Shown piece after piece: positions 41,399 through 51,771 of a stretch of DNA of 64,000 nucleotides (its first letter is position 1; each line of letters begins with the position of its first letter). Origin of the DNA: Candidatus Bathyarchaeota archaeon (GTDB taxonomy: Archaea; Thermoproteota; Bathyarchaeia; Bathyarchaeales; Bathycorpusculaceae); contig CAVZPM010000039.1 of assembly GCA_963777155.1 (NCBI GenBank), positions 96,001 through 160,000 of the forward strand, read 5' to 3'. The position numbers and the translations under genes were made by a program. The notes under the pieces are model-generated. The model worked only from the letters and a program-made list of their open reading frames with translations, was not told the DNA's origin and searched no databases.

Positions 41399-42253
41399 CT
41401 AAGATAGTCCCATGAAAGATAAGTAGATGAGTGTTAGTGAGGAAAGGGTAACACCCATGGTTATTGCTGTTTTGGCTCGGTTCCAAGCATTTACAAAGTT
41501 TTCTTTGTACACTTCAATTATATTCTGGTCATTCGTGCAGAGCATGCATGGATGGCCTGTTTCAGTTATTTGTTGAGTAGCTATCCATATTTCTTTGTTA
41601 TCAATGATTTGGTAATTTTTACACGCTGTCTTATCTATAGATTTGGCAATAAATTGACCAGCAAATGGCGCTATCTTTTCTATGGCTTCCTTTGTTACCT
41701 CATCATCTTCTTTTGTGACTACTATTAGTCTCGTCGCGGCTTTAGTTTGAGCTATGGTTTGGAGGAAATCGCGGAAATTATTGGACCGCGTTTGGATATT
41801 CTCAAGGGAGGAGACTAACTGTGCTTCTTTTTCTATTTTCTTAAACGTTAGAGTTCTTCGGTTCTTTATCGCTTCATCGGTGGTCAAAAGACTGAATTGA
41901 GTTTCCTCTTTAATCTGCGGTTGGTTTTGAATGGAATCTACCATTTCTTTAAGATTGTTCTCTAAATGAAGAATCCTATCTTCGGATTTTTTTCTTTCTT
42001 TCAAAATCAACGTTTCAAAGGCTTCTTCTATCGGAATAGATTCAATCATGAAGGGTTTGTCAATGGTTCTAGTGATTAAACCCATTTTTTCAAGTTTAGG
42101 TAATAGCTTGTAAATGTCTTGTCTATGTAACTGGGTTGTCTTGGCGATTTGTCCCACCCGAGTTTTTCCAGATTGAACAATGCACAGATAGACTTTGGCC
42201 TGATTGACTGTGAAACCGAAGCTTTCTAATTTGACAACCAAGTCTTCTTCCAT
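41399..42253 (-). CDS. TrmB-family transcriptional regulator
   Basis: FGFTVNQAKVY..HRQDIYK.LPKLEKMGLI; C-terminal IIDNKE sensor domain. Confidence 0.85.
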   Translation of the reverse strand: MEEDLVVKLESFGFTVNQAKVYLCIVQSGKTRVGQIAKTTQLHRQDIYKLLPKLEKMGLITRTIDKPFMIESIPIEEAFETLILKERKKSEDRILHLENNLKEMVDSIQNQPQIKEETQFSLLTTDEAIKNRRTLTFKKIEKEAQLVSSLENIQTRSNNFRDFLQTIAQTKAATRLIVVTKEDDEVTKEAIEKIAPFAGQFIAKSIDKTACKNYQIIDNKEIWIATQQITETGHPCMLCTNDQNIIEVYKENFVNAWNRAKTAITMGVTLSSLTLIYLSFMGLS

Positions 42254-42561
42254 AGCTGCTTTTTCCTTTTTCTTCTTAAATGCCCTGCCAATTTTTCTAT
42301 TTGTCTCCGAAGTCTTTCATAAGACTTTCGGAATTCCCTCGAGTGTTTAGGCAAAGTCCAATTCCCCATCAGCTTTTTTAAGATTTGACCTAACAGAATC
42401 AACAAATATTGGGCAAAACACGTTTTCATTATCATATTGTGAGCAATTATTCTATTTTTGCCCAAACACAAGATTCTTCCTTACCCAGCTATGTTAAGAC
42501 AACAACAATCGATAGGCATTTAGGGTTGGAAACAAGTAATACAGGAAATAGTTGATGCTCG

Positions 42562-43845
42562 ATGGCTTTAGTTAAAATAAACGAAATATTAGAGGGCAAA
42601 CGTACTGACCAAAAAGTTACGGTTCGCGGTTGGGTTTACCGCAAACGTGAAGGCAAAGAACTCATCTTCATAGTTATTCGCGACTCCACAGGCGTTATCC
42701 AATGCACCTTGAAGAAAAACTGCCCCGGCTGGAGTGAAGCACAAAAACTAACAATAGAATCCTCGCTCTCGCTGGAAGGCATTGCAAAAGAGGATAAACG
42801 AGCTCCAGGTGGCTTCGAAATCAGCGCAGAGAACCTAAACACCATCGGTTTAGCAGAAACCTTCCCGATTTCAAAGGACAAAAGCGAAGAATTCATCCGT
42901 GACATGCGGCATCTTTGGCTAAGAAGTCGAAAAATGAACCTTGTTATGAAGGTTCGAGGCGATGTTTTAGAAGCCTCAAGGGAATACTTCAAAACCCAGG
43001 AGTTCACTGAGGTATCGCCTCCCATGTTTATTTCTGCAGCAGTTGAAGGCGGCTCAACGCTATTTGGCTTAAAATACTTCGACCAAGACCTATACCTAAC
43101 CCAGAGCAGCCAGCTTTACCTAGAAATACTGATTTACTCCTTAGAAAGAGTCTACTGCATCGCCCCCTCGTTCCGCGCGGAAAAAAGCCGAACAATTCGC
43201 CACTTAACTGAGTATTGGCACATGGAGGGAGAGTGGCCTTTTGCAGATATGAATGATTTGATGAAGTTTGAGGAAGGTTTGATGACGCATGTTTGCCACT
43301 CAATCGCGGACAAATGCCAAAAAGAATTCAAGGAACTGGGCGCAGACATAGAGAAATTAAAAGCAGTCAAGACGCCTTTCCCAAAAATAACCTACAAAGA
43401 AGCCATTGAACGCCTAAAACCCAAAAACCCAGCGTTGAATTGGGGCGCTGACCTTGGCTATGAGGACGAGAAGGTTTTAGCTGAAGACTTCGGCAAACCC
43501 TTCTTCGTTTACGATTACCCAACTGAAATCAAAGCCTTCTACTGCAAAACCTACAGCGACCACCCAGAAGTTGCCATGTCTGTGGACATGATGGTGCCCC
43601 GTATCGGCGAAATCAGCACAGGCGGCGCAAGAGAAGACAACAAAGACATACTCACCGAACGCATGAAGGCGCAGGGCCTCAAGCCTGAAGATTACGAGTG
43701 GTACCTTGACCTAAGACGCTACGGCACCGTACCCCACGTAGGCTTCGGCATGGGACTGGAGCGGCTGCTGGTTTGGATGCTTGACTTAGACAACATCATC
43801 GACGCTATCCCGTTTCCAAGAACCACCCGCAGGTTCTACCCTTAA
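42562..43845 (+). CDS. asnS: Asparagine--tRNA ligase
   Basis: OB fold (VRGWVYRKR), YLTQSSQLYLE, FRAEKSRTIRHLTEYWH, GFGMGLER. Confidence 0.9.
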   Translation: MALVKINEILEGKRTDQKVTVRGWVYRKREGKELIFIVIRDSTGVIQCTLKKNCPGWSEAQKLTIESSLSLEGIAKEDKRAPGGFEISAENLNTIGLAETFPISKDKSEEFIRDMRHLWLRSRKMNLVMKVRGDVLEASREYFKTQEFTEVSPPMFISAAVEGGSTLFGLKYFDQDLYLTQSSQLYLEILIYSLERVYCIAPSFRAEKSRTIRHLTEYWHMEGEWPFADMNDLMKFEEGLMTHVCHSIADKCQKEFKELGADIEKLKAVKTPFPKITYKEAIERLKPKNPALNWGADLGYEDEKVLAEDFGKPFFVYDYPTEIKAFYCKTYSDHPEVAMSVDMMVPRIGEISTGGAREDNKDILTERMKAQGLKPEDYEWYLDLRRYGTVPHVGFGMGLERLLVWMLDLDNIIDAIPFPRTTRRFYP

Positions 43846-43857
43846 ACCCTTTTTTTG

Positions 43858-44565
43858 TTAGTAGCCTGAAAAGTACTCGCGCTTCAATTTCTCTTTGGAC
43901 AAACCTAAACTCTCCACGAGTTTTTCCATAGCTTCAACCATCGGCGGTGGTCCACATGTATAGAACATGTTCTCTTGGTAGTTGGGTAATTGCTCCTTTA
44001 TCATGTCAGCGTTAATTATGCCTGTTGCTCCCTTCCAATCAGGGGTAGGTTGGTTAACTATGAAGACTAGCTTGATGTTCTTGTTTATTTGTGCTAAGTC
44101 CTCGAACTCCTTTTTGAAAGCTATATCTTCTGGTGTGCGGCAACCATAAAACAGAGTGATTTTGTTGCTTAGACCCTTGTCTGTAGCGTTTTTACAGTAA
44201 CTCATAAAAGGAGTTATCCCGATGCCTCCACCGAGCAAAGCGATTTGTGGATATTCGCCCTCGAAAATGAATTGTCCAAATGGTGCCTCTATTCGCGCCC
44301 AGTCGCCTACTTTTGCCGCTTTTAGAGCGAGTGAATATTCGTGGTCGGTGAATTTTTTAGTAAATTCGATGTGTTCTTTTTCTGTTGGGCTACTGCTGAA
44401 GCTGAAATGTTTCTTCAATTCTTTATCGCCTTGCTTTAGGGTGACAAAAAAGAATTGCCCTGGTTTATAAGCTAACTCAGCAGGTCGGGGAAATCTAAAG
44501 CTAACTACATCATGTGTTCGCTGAATTATTTCTTGGAAATTAGTTTCAAAAATCATTAGAGGCAC
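43858..44565 (-). CDS. FAD/NAD-binding oxidoreductase (FNR-like)
   Basis: PGQF, FSFSSSP, GGIGITP, CGPPPM. Confidence 0.9.
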   Translation of the reverse strand: MPLMIFETNFQEIIQRTHDVVSFRFPRPAELAYKPGQFFFVTLKQGDKELKKHFSFSSSPTEKEHIEFTKKFTDHEYSLALKAAKVGDWARIEAPFGQFIFEGEYPQIALLGGGIGITPFMSYCKNATDKGLSNKITLFYGCRTPEDIAFKKEFEDLAQINKNIKLVFIVNQPTPDWKGATGIINADMIKEQLPNYQENMFYTCGPPPMVEAMEKLVESLGLSKEKLKREYFSGY

Positions 44566-44704
44566 CTAAAAAGTACAGTTTGTTATATGTTTCTTTGTCA
44601 TTATAACTTTTTTGGCTAAAATAAATCTGAAGCAACCTTTCTATCTTTTGAAAACAGATATATCGTTTAGATGCACTAAATCAACGTAAAGCTAGGGCAC
44701 ATCA

Positions 44705-45223
44705 ATGAATGACAGCTGTCTAGAACAAACAAGTTACTCTAACAGGGTTTCCAGTTACGCTAAGAGCCATTGGGTGTCGCTTGGCTTGTTTTTATCAGCT
44801 TACGGAGCACTATACCTCTCCTCAGTAATTCTCAACCGCCACACTACAGCTGACTGGGAAAAAGCCATCGCAATTTATTCCCCAACATCCATTAACCCCG
44901 TGTTGCCTCGAAGTTTAATCGACCCATTATTCTTTGCCACAAGCTTCCCAGCCTTAATCATAGGCCTCAGTCTGCTATGCTATTACAGTATACACGGAAC
45001 AGAGCCCAAGACAGATGCCAATAAACAGTACGTCGCGATATTGCTGACCGTTTCGGGATTCACCTACCAAGTAATCGGGGCTTGGCCGCTTCAACATCAA
45101 ACAGATTTCCCCTGGCAATGGCAAAAACAAATCGTCAGCTTCGGACCAATTTTCGCTTGGGCCCTCTACATTTCTAAGTTTAACAACTCTGGTAATAGGC
45201 GCTTTTTCACTATACAAACATAG
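44705..45223 (+). CDS. Hypothetical membrane protein
   Basis: Several TM helices; 3' end possibly frameshifted. Confidence 0.6.
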   Translation: MNDSCLEQTSYSNRVSSYAKSHWVSLGLFLSAYGALYLSSVILNRHTTADWEKAIAIYSPTSINPVLPRSLIDPLFFATSFPALIIGLSLLCYYSIHGTEPKTDANKQYVAILLTVSGFTYQVIGAWPLQHQTDFPWQWQKQIVSFGPIFAWALYISKFNNSGNRRFFTIQT

Positions 45224-45264
45224 TGTGGTTTACCATCAAAAACACTCCTACGAGGAAAACCAAA

Positions 45265-48036
45265 ATGGCGAAACAGTGGCATAGCAAAACCGCTCAAGAA
45301 GCGATGAGCGAATTAAATATAACCAGCAAAGGATTAACTACCCAGCAAGCGCAAGAACGCCTTGCACAATATGGACTTAACGAACTCAAAAAAGAAAAAG
45401 GCAAATCACCCCTCAAACTTCTACTCGGCCAATTCACCGACATACTCATGATTATACTTCTCATCGCCATAGCGCTCTCGTTTGCGGTTGGGGAAGTCAC
45501 CGATGCAGCCATTATCTTAGCCATAGTCATCGCAAGTGCAACGTTGGGTTTCACACAAGAATACCGCAGCGAAAAAGCTGTAGAAGCCCTCAAAAAAATG
45601 ACAGCGCCCACCGCAAATGTCCTACGGGATGGAAAGGAAGTAAGAATCCCGGCCACTCAACTGGTTCCCGGAGACGTAATTCTTCTTTATACAGGTGACA
45701 AGATTCCTGCAGACGCCCGACTTCTAGAATCTTTCACCATGAAAACAGATGAAGCCTCCCTAACAGGCGAATCCTCACCAGTCAACAAATCAAGCGGTGA
45801 GCTGCCTGAACAAACCCAACTAAACGACCGCCGCAACATAGTTTATACAGGGACCGTTGTCGTTTATGGCAGAGGAAAAGCTGTAGTTACAACTTCAGGT
45901 ATGAATACTGAGTTTGGAAAAATTGCTCAGATGGTGCAAGCTGCCCCTGAAGCTCAAACGCCCCTGGAGAAGCGTTTGAGCGGGGTGGGTAAATGGATTG
46001 GCATTTTGGCTTTAGTGGTTGCAGTAAGCGTTGGTGTAGTTGGTATAGTCGTTGAACAACGCCCAGTTTTAGACATGGTCTTGTGGGCTATCAGTTTAGC
46101 TGTCGCAGCTGTGCCAGAAGCGTTGCCCGCTATCGTTACAGGTGCCCTCGCTATCGGTATGTACCGTATGGCTAAAGTCAGCGCCATCGTTAAACGTCTA
46201 CCCGCCGTGGAAACTCTTGGAAGCACCAGCGTCATCTGCAGCGACAAAACAGGCACTATGACCAAAGGCGAAATGACCGTCCAACGAATCTACGTAAATG
46301 AACAAGACATCAAAGTCACAGGCATAGGATACGCTCCAGAGGGCGAATTCCAAGATAAAGACAAAAAAGTAACCACTGACAAGAACCTCGCAACCCTTCT
46401 TAAAGTCGCAGTCCTATGCAACGACTCAGCCCTTGAACAAGACACCCAAACAGGCAAATGGATCATAAGAGGTGACCCAACCGAAGGCGCACTAGTTGTT
46501 GCCGCCGAGAAAGCAGGCATAAGTAAAGACGACCTCGAAGACCAAGAACCCCGTGTCTCTGAAGTTCCGTTCTCTTCTGAGCGAAAACGCATGACCACCA
46601 TCCATGCCAAAGATGGCAAAAAAATTGCCTACATGAAGGGTGCCCCAGAAATGGTCTTAGAACGATGCAGCAAAATCGTCTTAGACGGTAAAGTCCAGCC
46701 GTTTAGCAGAGAGAGCCAAGCTAAGCACTTCAAAGTCACCGAAGATTTAGCCCTGCAAGCTCTCCGTAACCTAGCTTTCGCATACAAGGAACTCCCCAGC
46801 GGAGCAGACGAGTTCAAGGAAGAGATGGAGGAAGGCTTCGTCTTTGTTGGTATCATGAGCATGATTGATCCACCGCGCCCCGAAGTTAAAGACGCCATAG
46901 CAATCTGTAAGAAGGCAGGCATACGTGTCGTCATGATTACAGGCGACCATAAACTCACAGCCACCGCCGTCGGCAAAGAGCTCAAGTTGCTTGAAGAAAA
47001 AGACATGGCAAGTCACGTATTAACCGGACAAGAACTCGAACAAATGACTGATGAACAACTTGCCGAGGTAGTGGAAAATGTGGTAATTTATGCGCGGGTC
47101 GCTCCAGAACATAAAGTTCGCATTGTGAAAGCTTGGAAACAAAAAGACCAAGTGGTCGCTATGACAGGTGACGGCGTTAACGATGCTCCAGCGCTCAAAA
47201 TGAGTGATATAGGAATAGCCATGGGCATCAGCGGCACCGAAGTCACCAAAGAAGCGGCGGATATGGTTTTAGCAGACGACAACTTTGCAAGCATCGTTAA
47301 AGCCGTTAGAGAAGGGCGTGAAATCTTTGATAACATCAAAAAATACCTCACCTATCTGCTTCAATGTAACATCATGGAAATTCTAGTAATGTTCATTGCT
47401 GTGGTGAGCGTGCCCTACATAGCCAGAGTCATCTCACCGGGCTCAAATGTTGATTTAATAAATGATGCAGCTATCGCTTTGACAGCTGTGCAGATTCTTT
47501 GGATGAACCTTGTTACCGATGGGCTGCCTGCCATCGCTTTAGGCGTAGACCCCGGCGACCCCGACTTGATGGCGCGTAAACCACGTAAACCCAACGAGAG
47601 CGTCTTTAGCAAGGATGTCAAGGTTTACCTTAGCACTATACCAATACTCATGACGATTTTGCTTTTAGTTGCGTTCTACTCACATCTGCCGTGGCTAAGC
47701 GAGTTCAGATTACTGGAAGCTAGAACACAATTGTTAACTGCAATGATAGCGATGGAATTAGTCATCGCCATATCGATGCGATCGTTGAAGTATCCAGTAT
47801 ACAAGGTTGGAGCGTTCAAGAACAAGTGGTTATGGTATGCAATCCTAGTGTCCTTCGCATTGCAATTGGTAATCCTATATGTGCCCAGCCTACAAACTCT
47901 CTTCGACGTGCACTCCCCAGAACTCATCGATTGGGCAATCGCTGCGTTGTATGCAGTTATAGTATTTTCATCTTTAGAAGTTGGTAAATATGTAGCTTCA
48001 AGAAAGCGAAACGTATCGGTCTCCAAAGCTTTATAA
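45265..48036 (+). CDS. P-type ATPase, type IIA (Ca2+-transporting-like)
   Basis: TGES, PEAL, DKTGT, KGAPE, TGD, GDGVND, NLVTDGLPA. Confidence 0.95.
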   Translation: MAKQWHSKTAQEAMSELNITSKGLTTQQAQERLAQYGLNELKKEKGKSPLKLLLGQFTDILMIILLIAIALSFAVGEVTDAAIILAIVIASATLGFTQEYRSEKAVEALKKMTAPTANVLRDGKEVRIPATQLVPGDVILLYTGDKIPADARLLESFTMKTDEASLTGESSPVNKSSGELPEQTQLNDRRNIVYTGTVVVYGRGKAVVTTSGMNTEFGKIAQMVQAAPEAQTPLEKRLSGVGKWIGILALVVAVSVGVVGIVVEQRPVLDMVLWAISLAVAAVPEALPAIVTGALAIGMYRMAKVSAIVKRLPAVETLGSTSVICSDKTGTMTKGEMTVQRIYVNEQDIKVTGIGYAPEGEFQDKDKKVTTDKNLATLLKVAVLCNDSALEQDTQTGKWIIRGDPTEGALVVAAEKAGISKDDLEDQEPRVSEVPFSSERKRMTTIHAKDGKKIAYMKGAPEMVLERCSKIVLDGKVQPFSRESQAKHFKVTEDLALQALRNLAFAYKELPSGADEFKEEMEEGFVFVGIMSMIDPPRPEVKDAIAICKKAGIRVVMITGDHKLTATAVGKELKLLEEKDMASHVLTGQELEQMTDEQLAEVVENVVIYARVAPEHKVRIVKAWKQKDQVVAMTGDGVNDAPALKMSDIGIAMGISGTEVTKEAADMVLADDNFASIVKAVREGREIFDNIKKYLTYLLQCNIMEILVMFIAVVSVPYIARVISPGSNVDLINDAAIALTAVQILWMNLVTDGLPAIALGVDPGDPDLMARKPRKPNESVFSKDVKVYLSTIPILMTILLLVAFYSHLPWLSEFRLLEARTQLLTAMIAMELVIAISMRSLKYPVYKVGAFKNKWLWYAILVSFALQLVILYVPSLQTLFDVHSPELIDWAIAALYAVIVFSSLEVGKYVASRKRNVSVSKAL

Positions 48037-48084
48037 AAAAGCACGCTGAATTCAGTTAAAACATTAAATCGGGGAAATATAGAA

Positions 48085-48665
48085 ATGAGCATAATACAGA
48101 AATTAGCTAATCCTGCTCCTCTAGGACTCTTGGGCTTCGGATTAACAACGGTACTTCTGAACTTACACAATGCAGGCTTATTTGGACTCAACGCCATGAT
48201 ACTTGCCATGGGCTTAGCGTACGGTGGTCTCGCACAAATCATCGTCGGCATTATGGAATTTAAAAAAGGTAACACTTTTGGCATGACCGCGTTTCTCAGC
48301 TACGGCTTCTTCTGGTGGTCTCTTGTCGCATCTGGTTTTGTTGCCTGGAACAACATTCTTCGGTAGTGTCCTTGCCGCTGACTCAACCGCGATGGCAGCA
48401 TACTTCATCATGTGGGGACTTTTCACGTTTGCAATGTTCTTTGGCACACTAAAAGCAAATCGTGCTCTTCAATTCGTCTTTGGCAGCCTATTCGATACTC
48501 TTCTTCATGCTCGCAGCAACACGACTAACAGGAAACGCAATGCTTGGACAAATCACAGGGATCGAGGGTATAATCTGCGGCGGCAGTGCAGTGTACCTTG
48601 GTCTTGCAGAAGTATTGAATGAAGCAAACGGAAAAACCGTTTTGCCAATACTACCAGTACAGTAA
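48085..48665 (+). CDS. satP: Acetate uptake transporter SatP (GPR1/FUN34/YaaH), two apparent frameshifts
   Basis: [35 protein letters not shown] over three frames. Confidence 0.9.
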
Positions 48666-48821
48666 AAACTTTACCTTCTTTTTTATATTATTTTTAGTTT
48701 AGTTTGAGTGCAGGGCACTTAGGCTTTAACGTAGAAGCGGATTAATTCGTTTTATTTTTGTTGAAAAAACTTATATTCTCTAGGGCTCACTGTTCCCAAC
48801 ATCTATAGGAAATGATAGCAT

Positions 48822-50783
48822 ATGGCAGAAGCTAGTTTACCTTTCAACGAGAAGTATAGTCCAAGTATTGCAAAGGTTTCTTCTGGAGAAATACGCAAAG
48901 CAGAATGGGAAAAATCCATTAAAAACCCCACCGAGTTCTGGGCAGAGAAAGCAAAAGCCATCGACTGGTTCAAAGCACCCACCAAAATCGTGGATGACTC
49001 GAACCCGCCGTTCTTCAAATGGTTCCCCGATGGAGAACTCAACATCTGCTACAACGCAGTTGACCGACACGTAAAAACCGCACGCAAAAACAAGCTTGCC
49101 TACATTTGGGAAGGCGAGATGGGTGAAGTAAAAACTTACACTTATTACCAATTATACCGTGAAATAAACAAACTTGCAAAAGCACTAAAGGACCTGGGCG
49201 TTAAAAAAGGCGACCGCGTCGCAGTTTTTCTCCCAGTCATCCCAGAGTTGCCAATCGCTTTGCTTGCAACCGCAAGAATCGGTGGAGTCCACACAGTTGT
49301 CTTTTCAGGATTCAGCGCTGAAGCATTAGCTGACAGAGTCAACGATTGCGGAGCAAAAATCCTCATTACAGCAGATGGCTCTTTCCGTCGTGGCAAACCA
49401 GTAGGAATCAAAGACAACGCAGACAAAGCATCACCCTTGATGCCGAACATCGAGAAAGTCCTCGTTGTCAAACGCACAGGTCAACCAATCCAAATGAAGG
49501 AAGGCAGAGACATTTGGTACCACGATGCATTGACAGCAGCAGGCGCAAGCGCTTACGTTGAACCAGAAAGCATGAAATCAACTGACCCACTGTTCATACT
49601 CTACACTTCAGGAACCACAGGTAAGCCAAAAGGCGTACAACACGGCACAGGCGGTTACCTGGTTTGGGCTTACTGGACTCTTAAATGGGCATTTAACCCC
49701 ACAGACGAAGACATCTACTGGTGCGTCGCAGACATCGGCTGGATCACCGGTCACACATACAACGTTTACGCACCCCTTAGCCACGGAATAACCGCGTTTC
49801 TCTTCGAAGGCACACCTGACTTCCCAGCTCAAGACCGCTGGTGGAGCATGATTGAAAACCACGGCGTCACCATACTCTACGGAACCCCAACCGCAGTCCG
49901 CATGTTCATGAAATTCGGCGAAGAATGGGTTAACAAACACGACCTAAGCACCCTGCGTGAACTCGGCTCAGTCGGCGAAGCCATAAATCCGGAAGCATGG
50001 AAATGGTATTACCGCGTCATCGGCAAAGAACGCTTACCAATCATCGACACTTGGTGGCAGACTGAAACAGGCGGCTTCATGATTTCACCCGCAGCAGGCA
50101 TCGAATTAACACCCCTAAAGCCAGGAAGCGCAACCCTTCCAATGCCTGGAGTGAACATAGACATCTTCGACGACGCAGGAAAACCACTCCCAGCAGAAAA
50201 CAAAGGCTACCTAGTAATAAAGTCCCCATGGCCAGGAATGTTGCAGACAGTCTGGAAAGACCCCGACCGTTACAAATCAGCATATTTCGGCAGATGGCCA
50301 GGAATCTACGTTACAGGCGACTACGCAATCCGCGACCAAGATGGGTACTTCTGGCTCTTAGGAAGAGCAGACGAAGTCCTCAAAGTAGCAGGCCACAGAA
50401 TCGGCACCGTCGAACTCGAAAGCGCACTTGTTTCGCATCCAGCAGTCTCTGAAGCCGCAGTCATGGGCAAAGAAGATGCAGTCAAAGGCGAAGTCCCAGT
50501 AGCATTCGTTGTGTTGCGCGGCGGATTTGTCGCATCAGACGAGCTACGAGCGGAACTAACAAAACACGTGCGAACAACCATCGGTCCAATCGCAACCCCA
50601 GATGCAGTCATTATCGTCAACAAACTACCAAAAACCAGAAGCGGCAAAATCATGCGTAGACTCCTCAAAGCAGTCCTCACAGGTGCACCACTAGGTGACA
50701 CATCCACCATCGAAGACGAAGGCAGCATCGAAGACATCAAAGCAACCTACGCAGAACTACGCAAGCAACTTGAGAAAAAATAA
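48822..50783 (+). CDS. acs: Acetyl-CoA synthetase (AMP-forming)
   Basis: YTSGTTGKPKG, DTWWQTETG, PKTRSGKIMRR. Confidence 0.96.
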   Translation: MAEASLPFNEKYSPSIAKVSSGEIRKAEWEKSIKNPTEFWAEKAKAIDWFKAPTKIVDDSNPPFFKWFPDGELNICYNAVDRHVKTARKNKLAYIWEGEMGEVKTYTYYQLYREINKLAKALKDLGVKKGDRVAVFLPVIPELPIALLATARIGGVHTVVFSGFSAEALADRVNDCGAKILITADGSFRRGKPVGIKDNADKASPLMPNIEKVLVVKRTGQPIQMKEGRDIWYHDALTAAGASAYVEPESMKSTDPLFILYTSGTTGKPKGVQHGTGGYLVWAYWTLKWAFNPTDEDIYWCVADIGWITGHTYNVYAPLSHGITAFLFEGTPDFPAQDRWWSMIENHGVTILYGTPTAVRMFMKFGEEWVNKHDLSTLRELGSVGEAINPEAWKWYYRVIGKERLPIIDTWWQTETGGFMISPAAGIELTPLKPGSATLPMPGVNIDIFDDAGKPLPAENKGYLVIKSPWPGMLQTVWKDPDRYKSAYFGRWPGIYVTGDYAIRDQDGYFWLLGRADEVLKVAGHRIGTVELESALVSHPAVSEAAVMGKEDAVKGEVPVAFVVLRGGFVASDELRAELTKHVRTTIGPIATPDAVIIVNKLPKTRSGKIMRRLLKAVLTGAPLGDTSTIEDEGSIEDIKATYAELRKQLEKK

Positions 50784-50794
50784 ACCAACCTAAC

Positions 50795-50820
50795 CTCTCT
50801 TTCTTTTTTTATCTTTTTGT
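50795..50820 (+). terminator. Oligo-T archaeal terminator after acs
   Basis: CTCTCTTTCTTTTTTTATCTTTTTG directly after the stop. Confidence 0.5.
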
Positions 50821-51289
50821 CAATAGTCTCTTCTTATTTTAAACTAAATATTCAATAATTTCTAGGATTCAATGAACGATAGAATTAAGACAGATATGTC
50901 TTAACTGCTACTCCAATTCAACAACATTACTTAAGATCTCACTATTCACTCTTCTTAACTTTTGACATTTTTTGGTTCATAAAATAAATGTAGATACCGC
51001 CGTGATAGCTTTGGTTTTTAAGAGCCGTTTTGGTATTGTTCATTTTCTATTCCTTGGTTGCACATAAGGTCCCAGAGCGTTGTTGTAATTTGGGGCTTGA
51101 TTTAATAGCTCAAAGTTGCTTTCCATTAACTCAACCTGATAGCAAGCTATCTTTAGGGTTAAATAATGATTCTTGAGAACGCTAGTTTGCCAACTCTGCA
51201 AAGCACACGTTGCTTTTTGAGAATTTGGCTTTTCAATTTTAGCAAACTTTTCTTGGCATTGAACTAGAGACTATAGACAAAGGATGTTT

Positions 51290-51700
51290 CTAGAAAGGGT
51301 TGGTTATAGGTATCAAACCTGCTCCGATGCCGATTAACGCTAGCACAAAGACTATGACGAATAGGATTATGATGGCGATGATTACGGTGATTATGGTTAT
51401 TGCCAAGGCTTTTGGCCACCCGCAGTCGAAGAAGTGCTTGATCAACGCAAGCCAAATAACGAACATTGCGATGTAGGCGATTATATTGGCGACCCCTGAG
51501 AGGGCATCCGTTAACAAGTAGTTGAAGAAGTAGAAAACCACGGTGCCTATTAATATGATCCATAGGGAATCAGTGAATTTAGCTTTCTGTTTACCAGCCA
51601 AGAGCCTGCCAGCAATCCAGAGAAATGGCGACACAAAAATCAGGTTCACCAAAATATTCACAATGAGCTGAATCAGTGCAGTCTCTATGTCGAATACCAT
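51290..51700 (-). CDS. Hypothetical 4-TM membrane protein
   Basis: Hydrophobic ORF; KHFFDCGW.KA motif. Confidence 0.7.
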   Translation of the reverse strand: MVFDIETALIQLIVNILVNLIFVSPFLWIAGRLLAGKQKAKFTDSLWIILIGTVVFYFFNYLLTDALSGVANIIAYIAMFVIWLALIKHFFDCGWPKALAITIITVIIAIIILFVIVFVLALIGIGAGLIPITNPF

Positions 51701-51771
51701 TTTATTTCTTCCTAAAATTTGTGATAACTAGTATCTCTGAGTTGATTTAAAAATTTTATGCAAATGCCAAC

